Shown here: one piece after another, positions 1-12,100 of the stretch | Numbering within the stretch: the first letter of the stretch is position 1 | Layout of the letters: the number at the start of each line of letters is the position of its first letter | IMG/VR virus record: IMGVR_UViG_3300033061_001635 | Location: 96,001-160,000 of that record | Length of the DNA: 64,000 nucleotides | Reading direction: 5' to 3' (one strand) | Source: a virus | Taxonomy: Duplodnaviria > Caudoviricetes | Notes under the pieces: model-generated | Told to the model about the DNA's origin: nothing | Databases searched by the model: none | What the model saw: the letters and a program-made list of their open reading frames with translations, nothing else | Program-made: the position numbers and the translations under genes

Positions 1-3000
1 TGGAGCAGATGATGCTGGGGTGACTGCTGAAGAATTCTGTGAAAACGGCCCGACTCCAACATTATTTTGCGCCGCAACCCTAAAACGATATGTGTTTAAA
101 GAAGACAGTCCTAAAATTGAACAATGAGTAGAATTACTTAGGGCCCTATTTAAAGTATAATTACCCACAGGCAATCTTGTCCATGTTGAACCAGAATCTA
201 AAGAAAATTCTAATATATAAGTTAGTATTGAGGCTCCACCATTACTTTGAGGAGCTGTCCAAACTAAAGAGACCTCTCCATTACCAATACCATTACCTTG
301 TGTAACTGCTAGATTTTGAGGAGCAGTGGGGGTTGTATAATTAGCTGTTGGGATTTGTGAAACTATTTTACCATTACGATCTAAAGTTAAAAATGCATTT
401 GCTATGTATTTGCCAGTATTATTTATACTTGGGGCGGGTCTTAAATATATATTTTCAGATACTATTTCAGATGCGTAAGCAATACCATTTACGGTTAAAT
501 CCGAATATAAATAACCATAGCCCGTTACTGTTATATTACCAACTTCATATGTTCCTGTTGCTAATGAGCCTAAAATATACGGGGTATCAGTATTAATAGT
601 AGTCTTAGATTTTGTATCATGAGACCATCCTGATGCAGTTGACTTGGCCCTGTCTAAGAATGTAGTAAAAGATATTCCACCATAAGCATTGCCATTCAAT
701 GCATTATTAATTTTTGGATATAAATATAGTCCTGGTTCACCAGTATTAGCATAAGCCCTTATTCCCTGATCAAAAGTAGTTATAACTTTATTATTGATTA
801 TAGAAGAAGTTGATGATGATAATACATTTCCAGCAATGTCTATTTGCTCAAGGTTTATATATTGTAGCTTTTTAGCTCTTATTCCACTTGATTCTATTAT
901 ACCAAGACTAACTAGTGCTGGCACATCAGAGTTAGCTGATCCAACCATAATATTGTTTGAATACAACCAACCACCAACTGTTAAGCTTGCTGGAACGTCA
1001 CTTTGTTGTTGAAAAATTACATTTTTCCCAGATGGTACAGTAAATAGATTTGATGTATTGACTCCTACCCTTGATCCACTAGCTTGTACAAATAAAGCGG
1101 GATTATCATTTAATCCATATATTTCAAAATTTGTATCTTTTTTTGATGTATTAAATACTGTACTTAGGTTGGGCCTAATGCTCAAAATGTGTGATGTTGA
1201 GTCAGAAGTTTCATTGTCTGCATATCTAAAAAGACTTAAATATCCACCTTTAGTAATAGACTTTACAGTAATATCATTGGTATCACTAAAAGGCATAGCC
1301 GTATCTAATAGCATTTCTGTAATTTGATTGCCGCCATTTAATGTAATACCGTCTACATTTCTATAATAATTAGCGCCTGATAAACTAATTACTATTTGAT
1401 CATCAATAGAAAATTCATTCGAACTAATTGGATTTGCTAATATGACTTGTCTCAAACACACCGTAGCTGATGTTGGAGAATATGTATTCCATGTTATATC
1501 TTTTTGTGTTAAGAAATAATCACCTATATTATAAATGCCAGTTACTGCACCATTAGATGTTGTACTAAGTATTTTATTCGATGGAATAGGTAAATTTAGT
1601 GATCCATTTCTATTAACTGTTATCTGACTATTAACAATTTTGCCACTAGATATTGTTAACAATCCACTTTGAGATAAACTACTAACATAAATGTTTGGGG
1701 AAGTTATATTTTGAGAATTAATTGTGTTTAAATATGAAACACCAGTTATTGTTACTATTTGAGATGATATGGTGGTTGACGATGATCCTACTGCTATCTG
1801 ATTTGATTCGTTGGTTAGCGTTATATCTCCATTATTATTAATGCTAATTTGATTGTTTGGGTATCCTAAAGTAGTATTTTCAACACTAGTATTGAGTGTT
1901 TTTACTCCTGTGCTTCCTGATACGACTATTAAATCAATTGCGCCTCTTTCAGATCCATGAGATGAATTTACTGCTCTAGCTTCTATTTTTCCATAATTTG
2001 TTTGAATGCCAGAAGAATTAGATCCGGCTAATTGTAGTCTTGATATTGTAGTATTAACAGGAATATTAGTTGATGGCTTATAATATAAAGTAATATTTGT
2101 GGGATAAGTTGAGGCTCTATTTTCTAGTCTAATACCCTCTTGACAACTTTGACATAGATTATTAACTATATGTAATAATGTTGATGGTCTTACTCCTGAT
2201 GGCATATTAATGCCTAATTTACCATCATAGGAGAAAAATAAATTCCTATTATCTGTACCGCTACCATAAACTATAAAATCATTGGATGCATTATTCTTAT
2301 TGAATAGAAAATTATTCGTTCCTGATGTTGCAAGAACAGAGTTGGCGTCATTGAGATTATCGGCGCCTAATAATAGAGCTTGTCCACTAGCATTGGAGTA
2401 CCAATATGCTTGTGATGATCCGAAGGTTGTATTATCATATTTGTATTGTAAAGAATAATTAGCACCAACAGGATTAGATAACATTGATACTGAATCATTT
2501 TCAGATAATGACTGTATATTAGCAGACTCTGATATTTTGTTTAGTACTACCCAATCCTCGCCAGTAGAAACCAGTCTGATATAATTATTGCTACCCACAA
2601 GAACAGTTAATACTCTATCGTTATAATCTCTAATAGTTAAAGCATTAGATGATTGTATTACTTTAAATTCTAGAAAAATATCTTTTTTAGACGGACTCGG
2701 CAATGTTAAAGAAACATCTCCATTAGAAGTATCTACTAAATATATAGCACTTATATTATCTAATATTGAGCTATGATCTAATATAATAACATTATTTAAT
2801 AGTGTATCAAAATAACTTTGATTAGCAAAAACATAAAATTCATTACCAGAATCTGGAAAGAAAACTGATTTATTATCATTAGAAGATGATGAAATCGAAT
2901 TTCTTTTAACGGAGATATTACCAGCGCCATCAAATACTATTTCTCCAACACCAGTTTCAAAATATTGATAAGATATATTTCTTGCTATATAAGGTATATA

Positions 3001-3129
3001 AAAACCAACATGAGTAGAATTTAATGAATTATAATTTTTCAGTTTTGATAAAATTTTAAAATGATCATTTTCTATAGTAAATGAAAATCCAACATTATCA
3101 AATACTTTTATTATTTTATTATTTATCAT
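1..3129 (-). CDS. Large tail/tail-tip structural protein with fibronectin type III domain (3' end truncated by window edge; missing from ORF track)
   Basis: ATG at 3129 (MINNKIIKVFDNVGF...), 31 bp after the TMP stop. The frame is open in the segments translated by hand, and both ends are in the same frame. Positions ~10-330 encode an FN3 pattern (PTAPQNLAVT...VSLVWTAPQSNGGASILTYILEFS...YRFRVAAQNNVGVGPFS). Confidence 0.85.
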   Translation of the reverse strand, partial: MINNKIIKVFDNVGFSFTIENDHFKILSKLKNYNSLNSTHVGFYIPYIARNISYQYFETGVGEIVFDGAGNISVKRNSISSSSNDNKSVFFPDSGNEFYVFANQSYFDTLLNNVIILDHSSILDNISAIYLVDTSNGDVSLTLPSPSKKDIFLEFKVIQSSNALTIRDYNDRVLTVLVGSNNYIRLVSTGEDWVVLNKISESANIQSLSENDSVSMLSNPVGANYSLQYKYDNTTFGSSQAYWYSNASGQALLLGADNLNDANSVLATSGTNNFLFNKNNASNDFIVYGSGTDNRNLFFSYDGKLGINMPSGVRPSTLLHIVNNLCQSCQEGIRLENRASTYPTNITLYYKPSTNIPVNTTISRLQLAGSNSSGIQTNYGKIEARAVNSSHGSERGAIDLIVVSGSTGVKTLNTSVENTTLGYPNNQISINNNGDITLTNESNQIAVGSSSTTISSQIVTITGVSYLNTINSQNITSPNIYVSSLSQSGLLTISSGKIVNSQITVNRNGSLNLPIPSNKILSTTSNGAVTGIYNIGDYFLTQKDITWNTYSPTSATVCLRQVILANPISSNEFSIDDQIVISLSGANYYRNVDGITLNGGNQITEMLLDTAMPFSDTNDITVKSITKGGYLSLFRYADNETSDSTSHILSIRPNLSTVFNTSKKDTNFEIYGLNDNPALFVQASGSRVGVNTSNLFTVPSGKNVIFQQQSDVPASLTVGGWLYSNNIMVGSANSDVPALVSLGIIESSGIRAKKLQYINLEQIDIAGNVLSSSTSSIINNKVITTFDQGIRAYANTGEPGLYLYPKINNALNGNAYGGISFTTFLDRAKSTASGWSHDTKSKTTINTDTPYILGSLATGTYEVGNITVTGYGYLYSDLTVNGIAYASEIVSENIYLRPAPSINNTGKYIANAFLTLDRNGKIVSQIPTANYTTPTAPQNLAVTQGNGIGNGEVSLVWTAPQSNGGASILTYILEFSLDSGSTWTRLPVGNYTLNRALSNSTHCSILGLSSLNTYRFRVAAQNNVGVGPFSQNSSAVTPASSAP

Positions 3130-3160
3130 TTAATGATACCTTATGAATATACAAATGTTG

Positions 3161-6100
3161 TTATGCTGTTCGTCCTATAATACTTTGTTTAGCGGCACTA
3201 TTCATGCCTCCCTCAAACACAGTTTTGTCGTATTGCATATGAGAATCTTGGGAGATATTTTTTGCGTTAATAGAAGTCTGGTCATATATTTTCTGTTCCA
3301 TATTGCCCTTTATGCTGTCTAAACCAATGTGGTGAAGTGATGTCGTTTGCGTAACATTAGCAGATAGTGATGTTGGTATAGCATTCGCGTGTTCTCCAAA
3401 TTGAGCCGTGGCAGTTTGGAACGTGTCGATAGATGATGATAAACTTTTTTGTGCAGAATTAAACTGTTCCGTAAAATTGGCCCCAATTTGCTCTGTGTAT
3501 TCATTGAACTGACCAATAGCATTTGTAACAGCATCCTGTATGGACGATGCTATATTAGCCGTATCTATACTAACATTATTAGATACACCACCAGAGGAAG
3601 ATGCTGTTTGTTTGAGGGTTTGTCCCGCATTAGAAATAGGCGCCAATTGCGCCAGCTGTGAGGTTCCACCAGCAGCAAGATATTTCGGACCGGCTATGCC
3701 TCCATTGGCCAAATAATTAACAATTCCACCTCTATTAAAGTGACCACTATTAATAGCATTAAGGATAGGCATATGCTTTTGGCTAGATTCTCTATTGACT
3801 ACAAATTCTCCCGGAGTCAACATGGCTGGAACATTATCCGTTCCAGATGCTCCAATAAGAGCACCATTATTAGCATAAATTAAGCCACCAGAACTATGAT
3901 CTTTGGCTTTTTCGTCATGCTGTTCTAGTCCTGTTTTATATGCATGGGTAGCTACGTGATTTCCAAGATCTGGAACATATAATGGAGAATGGGTTTGTCC
4001 TATTCTTGAATAATCTCTGAGAGAGTAAGACTTTCTAGGTCCCAAAACCATAGGATCATGTACAACGCGCGTTGTTCCTGGCATATCAGCAAATCTTGAT
4101 TCTACTTGACTATTCTTCATTTTTGTAATTGGTGAGCTCTTCTTAAGGGCGTTTTCTACTTGTTTTTTTGCGATTTCTCTCTGAGCAGCATATGCCATTT
4201 GTTCATCAGGGGTCATTTGAGCAATTTCTTTTGCTGGTTTAAAAGTTTGTTCGCTAAATTTTGTTACAACATCAGCTCCGGTGACCATATCAGCAGGGGC
4301 GCTTCTACCTGGATGAAGAACTGGGGCAGCTGACTGATTAGGCAATAATTCATTACTTAATTGAGATGTTAATGAGTCATCGAATAGGCTCTTAGAATTA
4401 TCTATCAAAGACTTATCTACCTTACTTTTTACTACATAAGCTTCGCCTCCGGTGGCCACATACGAATCTCTCGCATAAATAACCGGAACTTGTGGTGCGT
4501 CATGATGAAATGATCCTACGCTTCCGTGTCCAGCTCCTCCTCTATTGATATCCGAGGCATTTTCTGCCATTCTGGCTATAGCAGCATCTCTCATAGCTGA
4601 CTGTGGAATTGGTTCACTAGCGCCAAGATTACCGGTATTTCTAAATTTATTGTTAGGATCAAGATGCCAATCTCCACTTGTTCCGGAATGAATGTCGGTT
4701 GTTTCTGATCCCATATGTGCAAATGCAGCATCTCTTGGAGACATTCCGTGAGGAACAGCCGTTTCAGAGGCTATTCTAGCTGCTGCTATCGCAGCATCGC
4801 CTGAAGTTATCTGTATAGCTCTTCCAGTTTGAGCCATAGTCTCTGAACCAATTCCTTTTCCAATCCCCTCAACAGCTGATCCTGCGAGTCTTCTTACTCC
4901 TTGTGCAGCCTGATCTACATGAGTAAGTCCTACTTCAGTTGCGGCGCCAATCGGATCGGCAACTTTTCCAAGATTAGAAAAACCAGCACCTATTCTAGCT
5001 CCTCCTAGTGCTCCTACACCAGCAACCATAGCGGCCTGATTGGCAAGTGCGCCTGTGCCAACTTCTGCTGGTCCTTCTCTGAATTTTGTTCCATCAGCAT
5101 ATGTTAATGTTGTTGTTGGTTCTAACTCAGATTCTGGTAATACAACATGAGCCAAACCTTGTCCCATAAATATGGCTGCTCTCTCTGGTAAATTCAATAA
5201 AGTTCTACCCTGATTATCATAATATTCTTTGGATTGATCAAAATAATTACCAACCATACTTTCTGTTCTAGCTTCTGATACCGGCTTTTCTCCCGCCCTT
5301 TCCCCATAATTTCTTTGATAATGTAGACCAGCAGTAACGTCAGCGCCACTGGCCCCTCCCATAAACTGAGCAGTTCCTGATGCCAATCTATCTGCCTCTA
5401 ATTGTTCACCCATAAACCTTTCGGTCATTTGTCCTAGCACACCAGCAGAATCATACGATGACAATGCATCATTTGATCTTTGTTCTTTGTCTGATTTGCC
5501 TCCTTTAGCTAGATAATTTACCGGTCCTCCTTTACTATATCCAAATGGTCTAGTCAAATATGCTTGTCTATCATCCATTTGTCCAAATGGTCTTGTTAGA
5601 TATAATTCTTTTTGACGTTGATAAATCTGGCGTTCTTCTTTTTGACTTTGGTAAATCTGGCGTTCTTCATCTGTAATTATTCCATCTTTATTTAGATCTT
5701 CATCTTTGTCAATATTAGTTCCTGCTTTGCCACCATCGGCTAAATAATTTATCTTACCTCCTTTACTTTTATTGATAGAATGTAATAATCCCAAATTCTC
5801 CTTTGTTGACTTTGCATTAACAACAAACTCACCAGGGGTCAGCATCGCAGGAACAGTATCGGTTCCTTTTGGTGAAAAATCAATTAATTGTCCATTTTCA
5901 GCATATATCAATCCTCCGCTAGCTCTTCTGGCTGGTTTTCTGACCTTGGCTTGGTCTTTAGATTGAGATCCAAATAATCTGCCAATAGAGTCAGCAGCAA
6001 GTCCTGCCAAAGCTCCTGTTGTGCCATATTTTTTAGCAAAATTAACTGCACTGCCCAACATAGATTTTGGAGTTTGGGTCTGGAATGGTTGATCATCTGC

Positions 6101-9100
6101 ATAGCCCATGGTGCGATTGTATTGCTTTAATGCTCTGTTATATGATGGATTGTCTGTTGGTTTTTGACGCAAAGACGCCGAAACAGCAGCCTCTTCTTCA
6201 ACAAAAGCCTTTTGCATTGATTCAACTATAGATGGCTCAATAGGCTTAGAGGTTCCTCTAGTAGCTTGGCGAGCCCTAATGTATTCATCAAATGACCTGG
6301 CTCTATCAGCAGCACCACTAACTAATGGAGCATACTCTTTTGGTAGATTTTTTACTACTCCAGGAGTTAATAATCCAGCATCTTCTAATGCTCCTATGGC
6401 ATCAGAGGCTGCATGAAATCCTTCATGATTTAATGCAAAAGCATCATCTGCTAATTTTATATTTATTTGTCCACCAATACCAACACCTTCATCTAGAACA
6501 TCTGGCATAAAGTTTCCTCTCGGTTTTAGTCCCGGAGTGACTTCCGCATTATTTTTAGACTTTTCTACAAACTCAACTATTCTTTTTGCTAAAAACTTTT
6601 CTCCTTGAGAAGTAAGTTTGTATTGTCCACTAGTTGTTCGTCCAGATGATTTAAGATCTAACATTTCTGGTTCCATGGCCTTGGCTGCCCTGGCATTTAA
6701 TGTAGCAGAGTCTCCTCCTCCAAAACCATATTCTGTGCCCCGCATGGGTTGAGCAGACATCGCAGTTTTCTTAACCGACTCAACCACAGATTTGCCCGCT
6801 TTTCTAGTTTGCTGGTCTATGCTCTCCCATAGCCTCGCTTCTTCTGCGTCATTGAGCTTTTCAGTTATATTGTATCTGGATTCATCTAAAGCTTGCTTCA
6901 TATCTCTGTCTATAGCTGATTCTGCTTTAGCTTGTTCTGTTGCTCTTTGTCTTTGTGATTTTTGTCCACCAAGAATACCTTGTCCTCTACCACTTAATTG
7001 TTCAGCAGTTCTTGCGCTATTTGCCATGGAAACTATTCCAGACGTTATTTGAATAAGATCAATAGCGTCTTGAGGAGTTGATTCTCTCTTCATAACTCGT
7101 CCAGCAATATCGGGAACTTTTCTAAGAGATGCTCCAGCGGTAACTACTCCAACAGGAGTAAGCATACTAGCGGCAGTAACTCCAATAGCTGTTACATCTC
7201 CTGGTTCGGATGTTCTTAAATAGTTTGTTCCGTCACTAAATAATACATTACCATTTTTATCAGCATATTGTATAGGTCCATGCTTCTGAATCATTTCCTG
7301 CAAATCTTGATCTTTTTGAATTCTGTCTAAAGTTTGAACAGAGAGTGCTCCGGTTCCTCCTTGAGAAAAAATTATAGGAGGAACACCACCACTATCTTTC
7401 CATAAAGGATTTGTTGTCTGAGAATCTAAAGGAGGTAATATTTCTGCATCTGTTAGTGGACCAGCCAACATAGGATCTACGCCAAGCGACACAGCATCTG
7501 CTTTAGTTAACTTAGTTTTTGTTTTAGTCTCTTTAGATGTCTCTCTAGAAGCTTCAAATCTGTCTCTGGCTGATAATCTAGCAACATTTTTGCCGTCCGC
7601 AGCAATTTCCGTACCAGATGTGTGTCTTTCAGATCCGTCAAGTTTAAATCCTGTTGCGTAGTCTAGTAGTCCTGACATAAAATCAGAAACCGCTGCATCT
7701 CTTTCTTTAGTTCTTTTTGTTCTATCTGAGCCAACCATTTCTGGCGGAAGTGTGGAGTCAAATAGTTCTGAACCAAATAGCTTAGGTTTATCGGCACCAT
7801 ATTTTTTAAATAAATCTCCAGCTTTTTTAGCTTCAAAATAATCTTCAGCATTTTTATAAGATTCGCCAGCCCAGCGTTCTCCGTCTGGCTTATTAACGCC
7901 TCTTCCAAGTCCTATCGGATTTGACCCAGCACTGGCCCTGCCAGTAGAACCAAACTCAACCTGAGCATGTCTTAATTGCTGTAGTCGTTTCTCTCTTTCT
8001 TTATCGCTTATACCCTCTTCTTGAGAATGTTGTCTATATACGTCTATAATTTTTTTGCCTTCGTCTATAGCAAATTGTACTTTTCTTGCTGACTCTTGTG
8101 CTGTTGCTGTTCTGGAGGAAGTTGCCTGCTGAGCAACAGCAGCCGTTTGGGCTTCTTGATTGGCTGTTGGCTGAGTTGTAGTTGGCGATAAGGGTTCTTG
8201 TGTATTAACAGGTTGTGATTTTGTTGTATTAACCGGTGAAGTTCCGGAAGATGTATTAAGTGGTTTGCCATCTTTGTCCAGACCCATAGTAAATAATTTC
8301 TGTTGCGCTATCTGACGAGCCATGGCAGCCGTATTGTTAGGATCATTAGCCAAAGTAACCCAGTCCTTTGTTGCAAATTTACTAAAATCTGCATCTCCTA
8401 TATCATCGCCTGTTGTTCCATCTGCTTTTGGATATTTTCCTGTTGTAGTAGAAATAGTTGGTTTAGTAACAGCAGCCATCTGTTGATTTGTCTGTGTTTT
8501 TGCTAATTGGCCTGATGAAGAATTAAGCATGCCACCAGAGGGGTTTGGTAATAATAATTCAGTATTAGGATTAATAGTATTTGGAACATTTTTATAAGGT
8601 GGAGGCAGAATCAAATCAGCAACATTTTGAGTTGATCTTGATCCTTCCATTTTAAACATCTTACCTCTTGGAGATGTCCCATCAGGATAATATAACATTC
8701 CTGATTTTAGTAGTGATTTTTCTTTTCTCTCTCTGATTTCTGGTCTGAATCTAGATAAGTAGGCTTGTTGTCTTTCGTATCTTATTTGTCCTTTAGCTCT
8801 GTCTAGCATTTCTTTTCTTGTGTTAATGCCGCTAGATTTAGTTGTCTTATGTAATGATCTTAGATTTTGATACTCTGTTTCTTCCTCTTCTGTTCTAGAT
8901 TTTGATCCTTTGAGCCATAAACTTTTTCTTCTACTATATTGTTTACCCATGCCCAATTTGAATTCCTTCATGTCTATTGCATCATCTTTGTTCAAATCAA
9001 AATCAGAAAAATATTTAGTAAATTCTTTTTTATCTAGTAAATTATTTTTGTTTTTATCAAACTGTGTAAAGTCAGATACTAATCCTACTTTGTCAAAATA

Positions 9101-12100
9101 TCCAGAATTAATAGACTGTAATAATGGTAAGTGTTTTTGTGTAGACTTAGAATTGATAACAAACTCTCCAGGACTCAACATAGCAGGAACAGTATCCGTG
9201 CCCTTAGGCTTGAAATCAATAAGTTTTCCATTACTAGCATATATTAATCCTCCAGATGATCTGGCTACAGGAGGAGCAGCAACAGCCACCCCAGGATTTA
9301 CTATGTTGTTACCAGCAGCATCCTTTCCTATGTTCGCATCCTTCATATTTCCTTCAACACTTGCTCTTAAATCATCAATACTAATACGTAAATTATCATT
9401 AGAATCTTTTAGTATAGATTGTGATTCCGCTAATTCGCCCTGTCCCTTTGTCGCGCTTGAACGTAAACCCACGGACTCTAAATATCTTTCAGCAGCCTTT
9501 TGCATACTAGGGTCTGTTTTACGATCTTGTAAAGCAGCCAATGACTGTTGAACTAATGGATTATTGGCCATTCCACTTTCTATAGCCATTTGTTTCGTTA
9601 ATTGTAGTTGTTGTTTTTGGAAATATTCGGCTACTGCTTGATCAACATCTACTCCCGGTTTTCCTTGATTCTGAGCATATTGATTTCTTATTTGTAGTTC
9701 TTGAGCAGCTTTTACTCCGGGATCTTGTGATAAGGCTAACGTTTCTTTTCTTTGATTAGCAAGAACAGTATTCCCAGCCCTAGTAGCTTCTCTTACATTC
9801 CCTGTTTTAAATAAAGCTTCATTAAATGCTTTTCTAGCATCTCTTTGATTATATGGACTATTTAATCCACCAGAAAGATTTCGTTGCAGTCTAATAAAGC
9901 TTTGATTAAGCTTATCTGCTTCTTCTGGAGTATTGGTCAATAATTGATTAACAAAATTTTGTCTATTATTTTGTAATTCTGAAGTATGTTGAAGATCACT
10001 GAATGCTTTATCTACTAATTCTGTACTATTAGCAAGCATATCTAATGCTTCTCTATTATTTTGCAATTGATCATCTAATTTATTAAGCTGTTCAACATTG
10101 TTACGCAAAGCGTCTTTATCTGTAAGAGTACCCTGTTGTTTTTGTAAAGTATCTCTTTGTTGAGAAAGTCTTATTTGTCTGTTCTGAATGCCTTGGACAG
10201 TTGTTTCTCCGCCAGCTAAATTACTAACATCTCCCATGATTCTATTGCTTTTCTCATTATATGTTTCACCATATCCGCTTAAGATTTCTCTTAAGTTCAT
10301 ATTACCTTCGTTAGAGATGTCTCTCGATTTTCTAAAATAGTTTTGAGCTTCTTTAGCTGCTTTGCTAGCTTCGTTCAGTCCTTTTGCAAATTTATCTAAT
10401 GCTCCTTCTTTAAAAGAAGACAAGTTTTTAACAGAATCTAATAATTTTTTACCAAAATCACCCAAAATATTCGTACCATCTTCTAATTCTTTTCTAAATT
10501 CTGATACTTGCATAGTATTATCAGCATTATTTTCTTTGGCTTTCTTAGCCATGTTTTCAATTTTAGCAGTTGATATCTGTTTCAATTCGTCTTTTTGCTG
10601 TCTAGATAAATTAGGATTATTTTCTATTTCATTTTTAGCAGTATCAACTGCTGCTTTTTTAAGTTCATCTACTCCTGAGCCAGCACTCTTGTCTAAAACA
10701 GTTGCTATACTTTGTGTAATATTTTTGGGTATATTTTGTTGTAATTGAGCACCACCAATTAATTGTTTTCTAATTCCAGCATCTAATCCCGCTGTGGCAG
10801 ACTCTAATGCTTTAGTAAATTCTTCTTCAGAGTATGCATTAGGATTATCTAGAATATTTTTTTCTCTTAATTTTGGACCAGAAACTTTAGACTCTCCACG
10901 TAATGATGATGCATATTGGGTCGTTGCCTCTACCCTAGCATCAGACTCAAATGATATTTTATTAACAGACTCATTTACTATGTCTGCTATTTTATCAAAA
11001 CTAGCAGCCAATCGTCGTCCAGCTTTATCTGCAAGATCCATAGCTCTTGCTAATTTTGCGCTTTCTTGAGAAGCTTTTGCTAATTCATCATTAGCTAAAA
11101 ATTCATCTTGTGCTGCTTTACCAACGATAGTTTCTTTACCTTGTTCCCCAGCAGACATATATAGAGCTAATTTTTTAGGATCAGATAAAATCATGCCTTT
11201 TAAAGATTCTCTAACTATATTTCCAGCTTCATTACTGGGATCCATGATTTGATCATTACTGAATCCTTTTGAATAAAGTCTTTCTAAATCTCCGTATCCA
11301 GTATTGGCTATTTTTTGGTAATTTTCTAATTCTTTTTGAGCATCAACGCTTGCCTCTTCCGTACCATAAGAGCCTTTTTTGGATTTTGCAACTGTTACTG
11401 GATCAAGGTCTTGGTAGTATGGATTCATGCCAACGCCAATTTCTCCAATGCCTAATAATATTCCTCTACCAAAATCTGTCCAATTACGATCATTTTCTGC
11501 TTTATTTTTTCCAGCTGTTGCTGTATCTGCTGTACTTTCTATAGCGGTATCTGTTAAGGCCTTAACCGACGATGCTGTTTTTGCTCTCAAATCAACATTA
11601 TTAACATCCTTACTTAATTTTTCCAAAGCATTTGATAGACTATCACTAGCAGCAGATAATTTGTCATTTAATAAAGATCTTGTCATTTCTTGGGCAGCTT
11701 TTTTCGCTGTTCCAGAAAAATCAAATGCAGCATCAGCACCAGCATACAATGCTGTGCCTATAGCAGCAGCGGCCCCTAGCATAGGATTGATAGCGGCTAA
11801 TTGTGCTGATGTTGTTAAGCCTACAGATAGTGTTGTTGCTGCTTTGTCTATTCTAGCCCCTGCATCTGCTGCTTTTATTTTTCCCTTATCTGTTTTAGTA
11901 TCAAATAATGCTGATGATATATTTTGGCCTTGCCCAGCAACCAACCCCGCGGCCAACCCAACGTCACCAAGTCCTCGCTGCATACTTCTTCCTAAATTAC
12001 CAGTAAAATATCTTTCTCTAAATGCTCTATTAATAGGACTATTTCTAGTATCCATTAATCCAGCAGCCCCAACGCCTCGCTCTCCTCTCATTTTAGCTAA

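Noticed and set aside
348-1327. Three short plus-strand ORFs at the left end
   Set aside because: They lie opposite the long minus-strand FN3 gene and look like noise.
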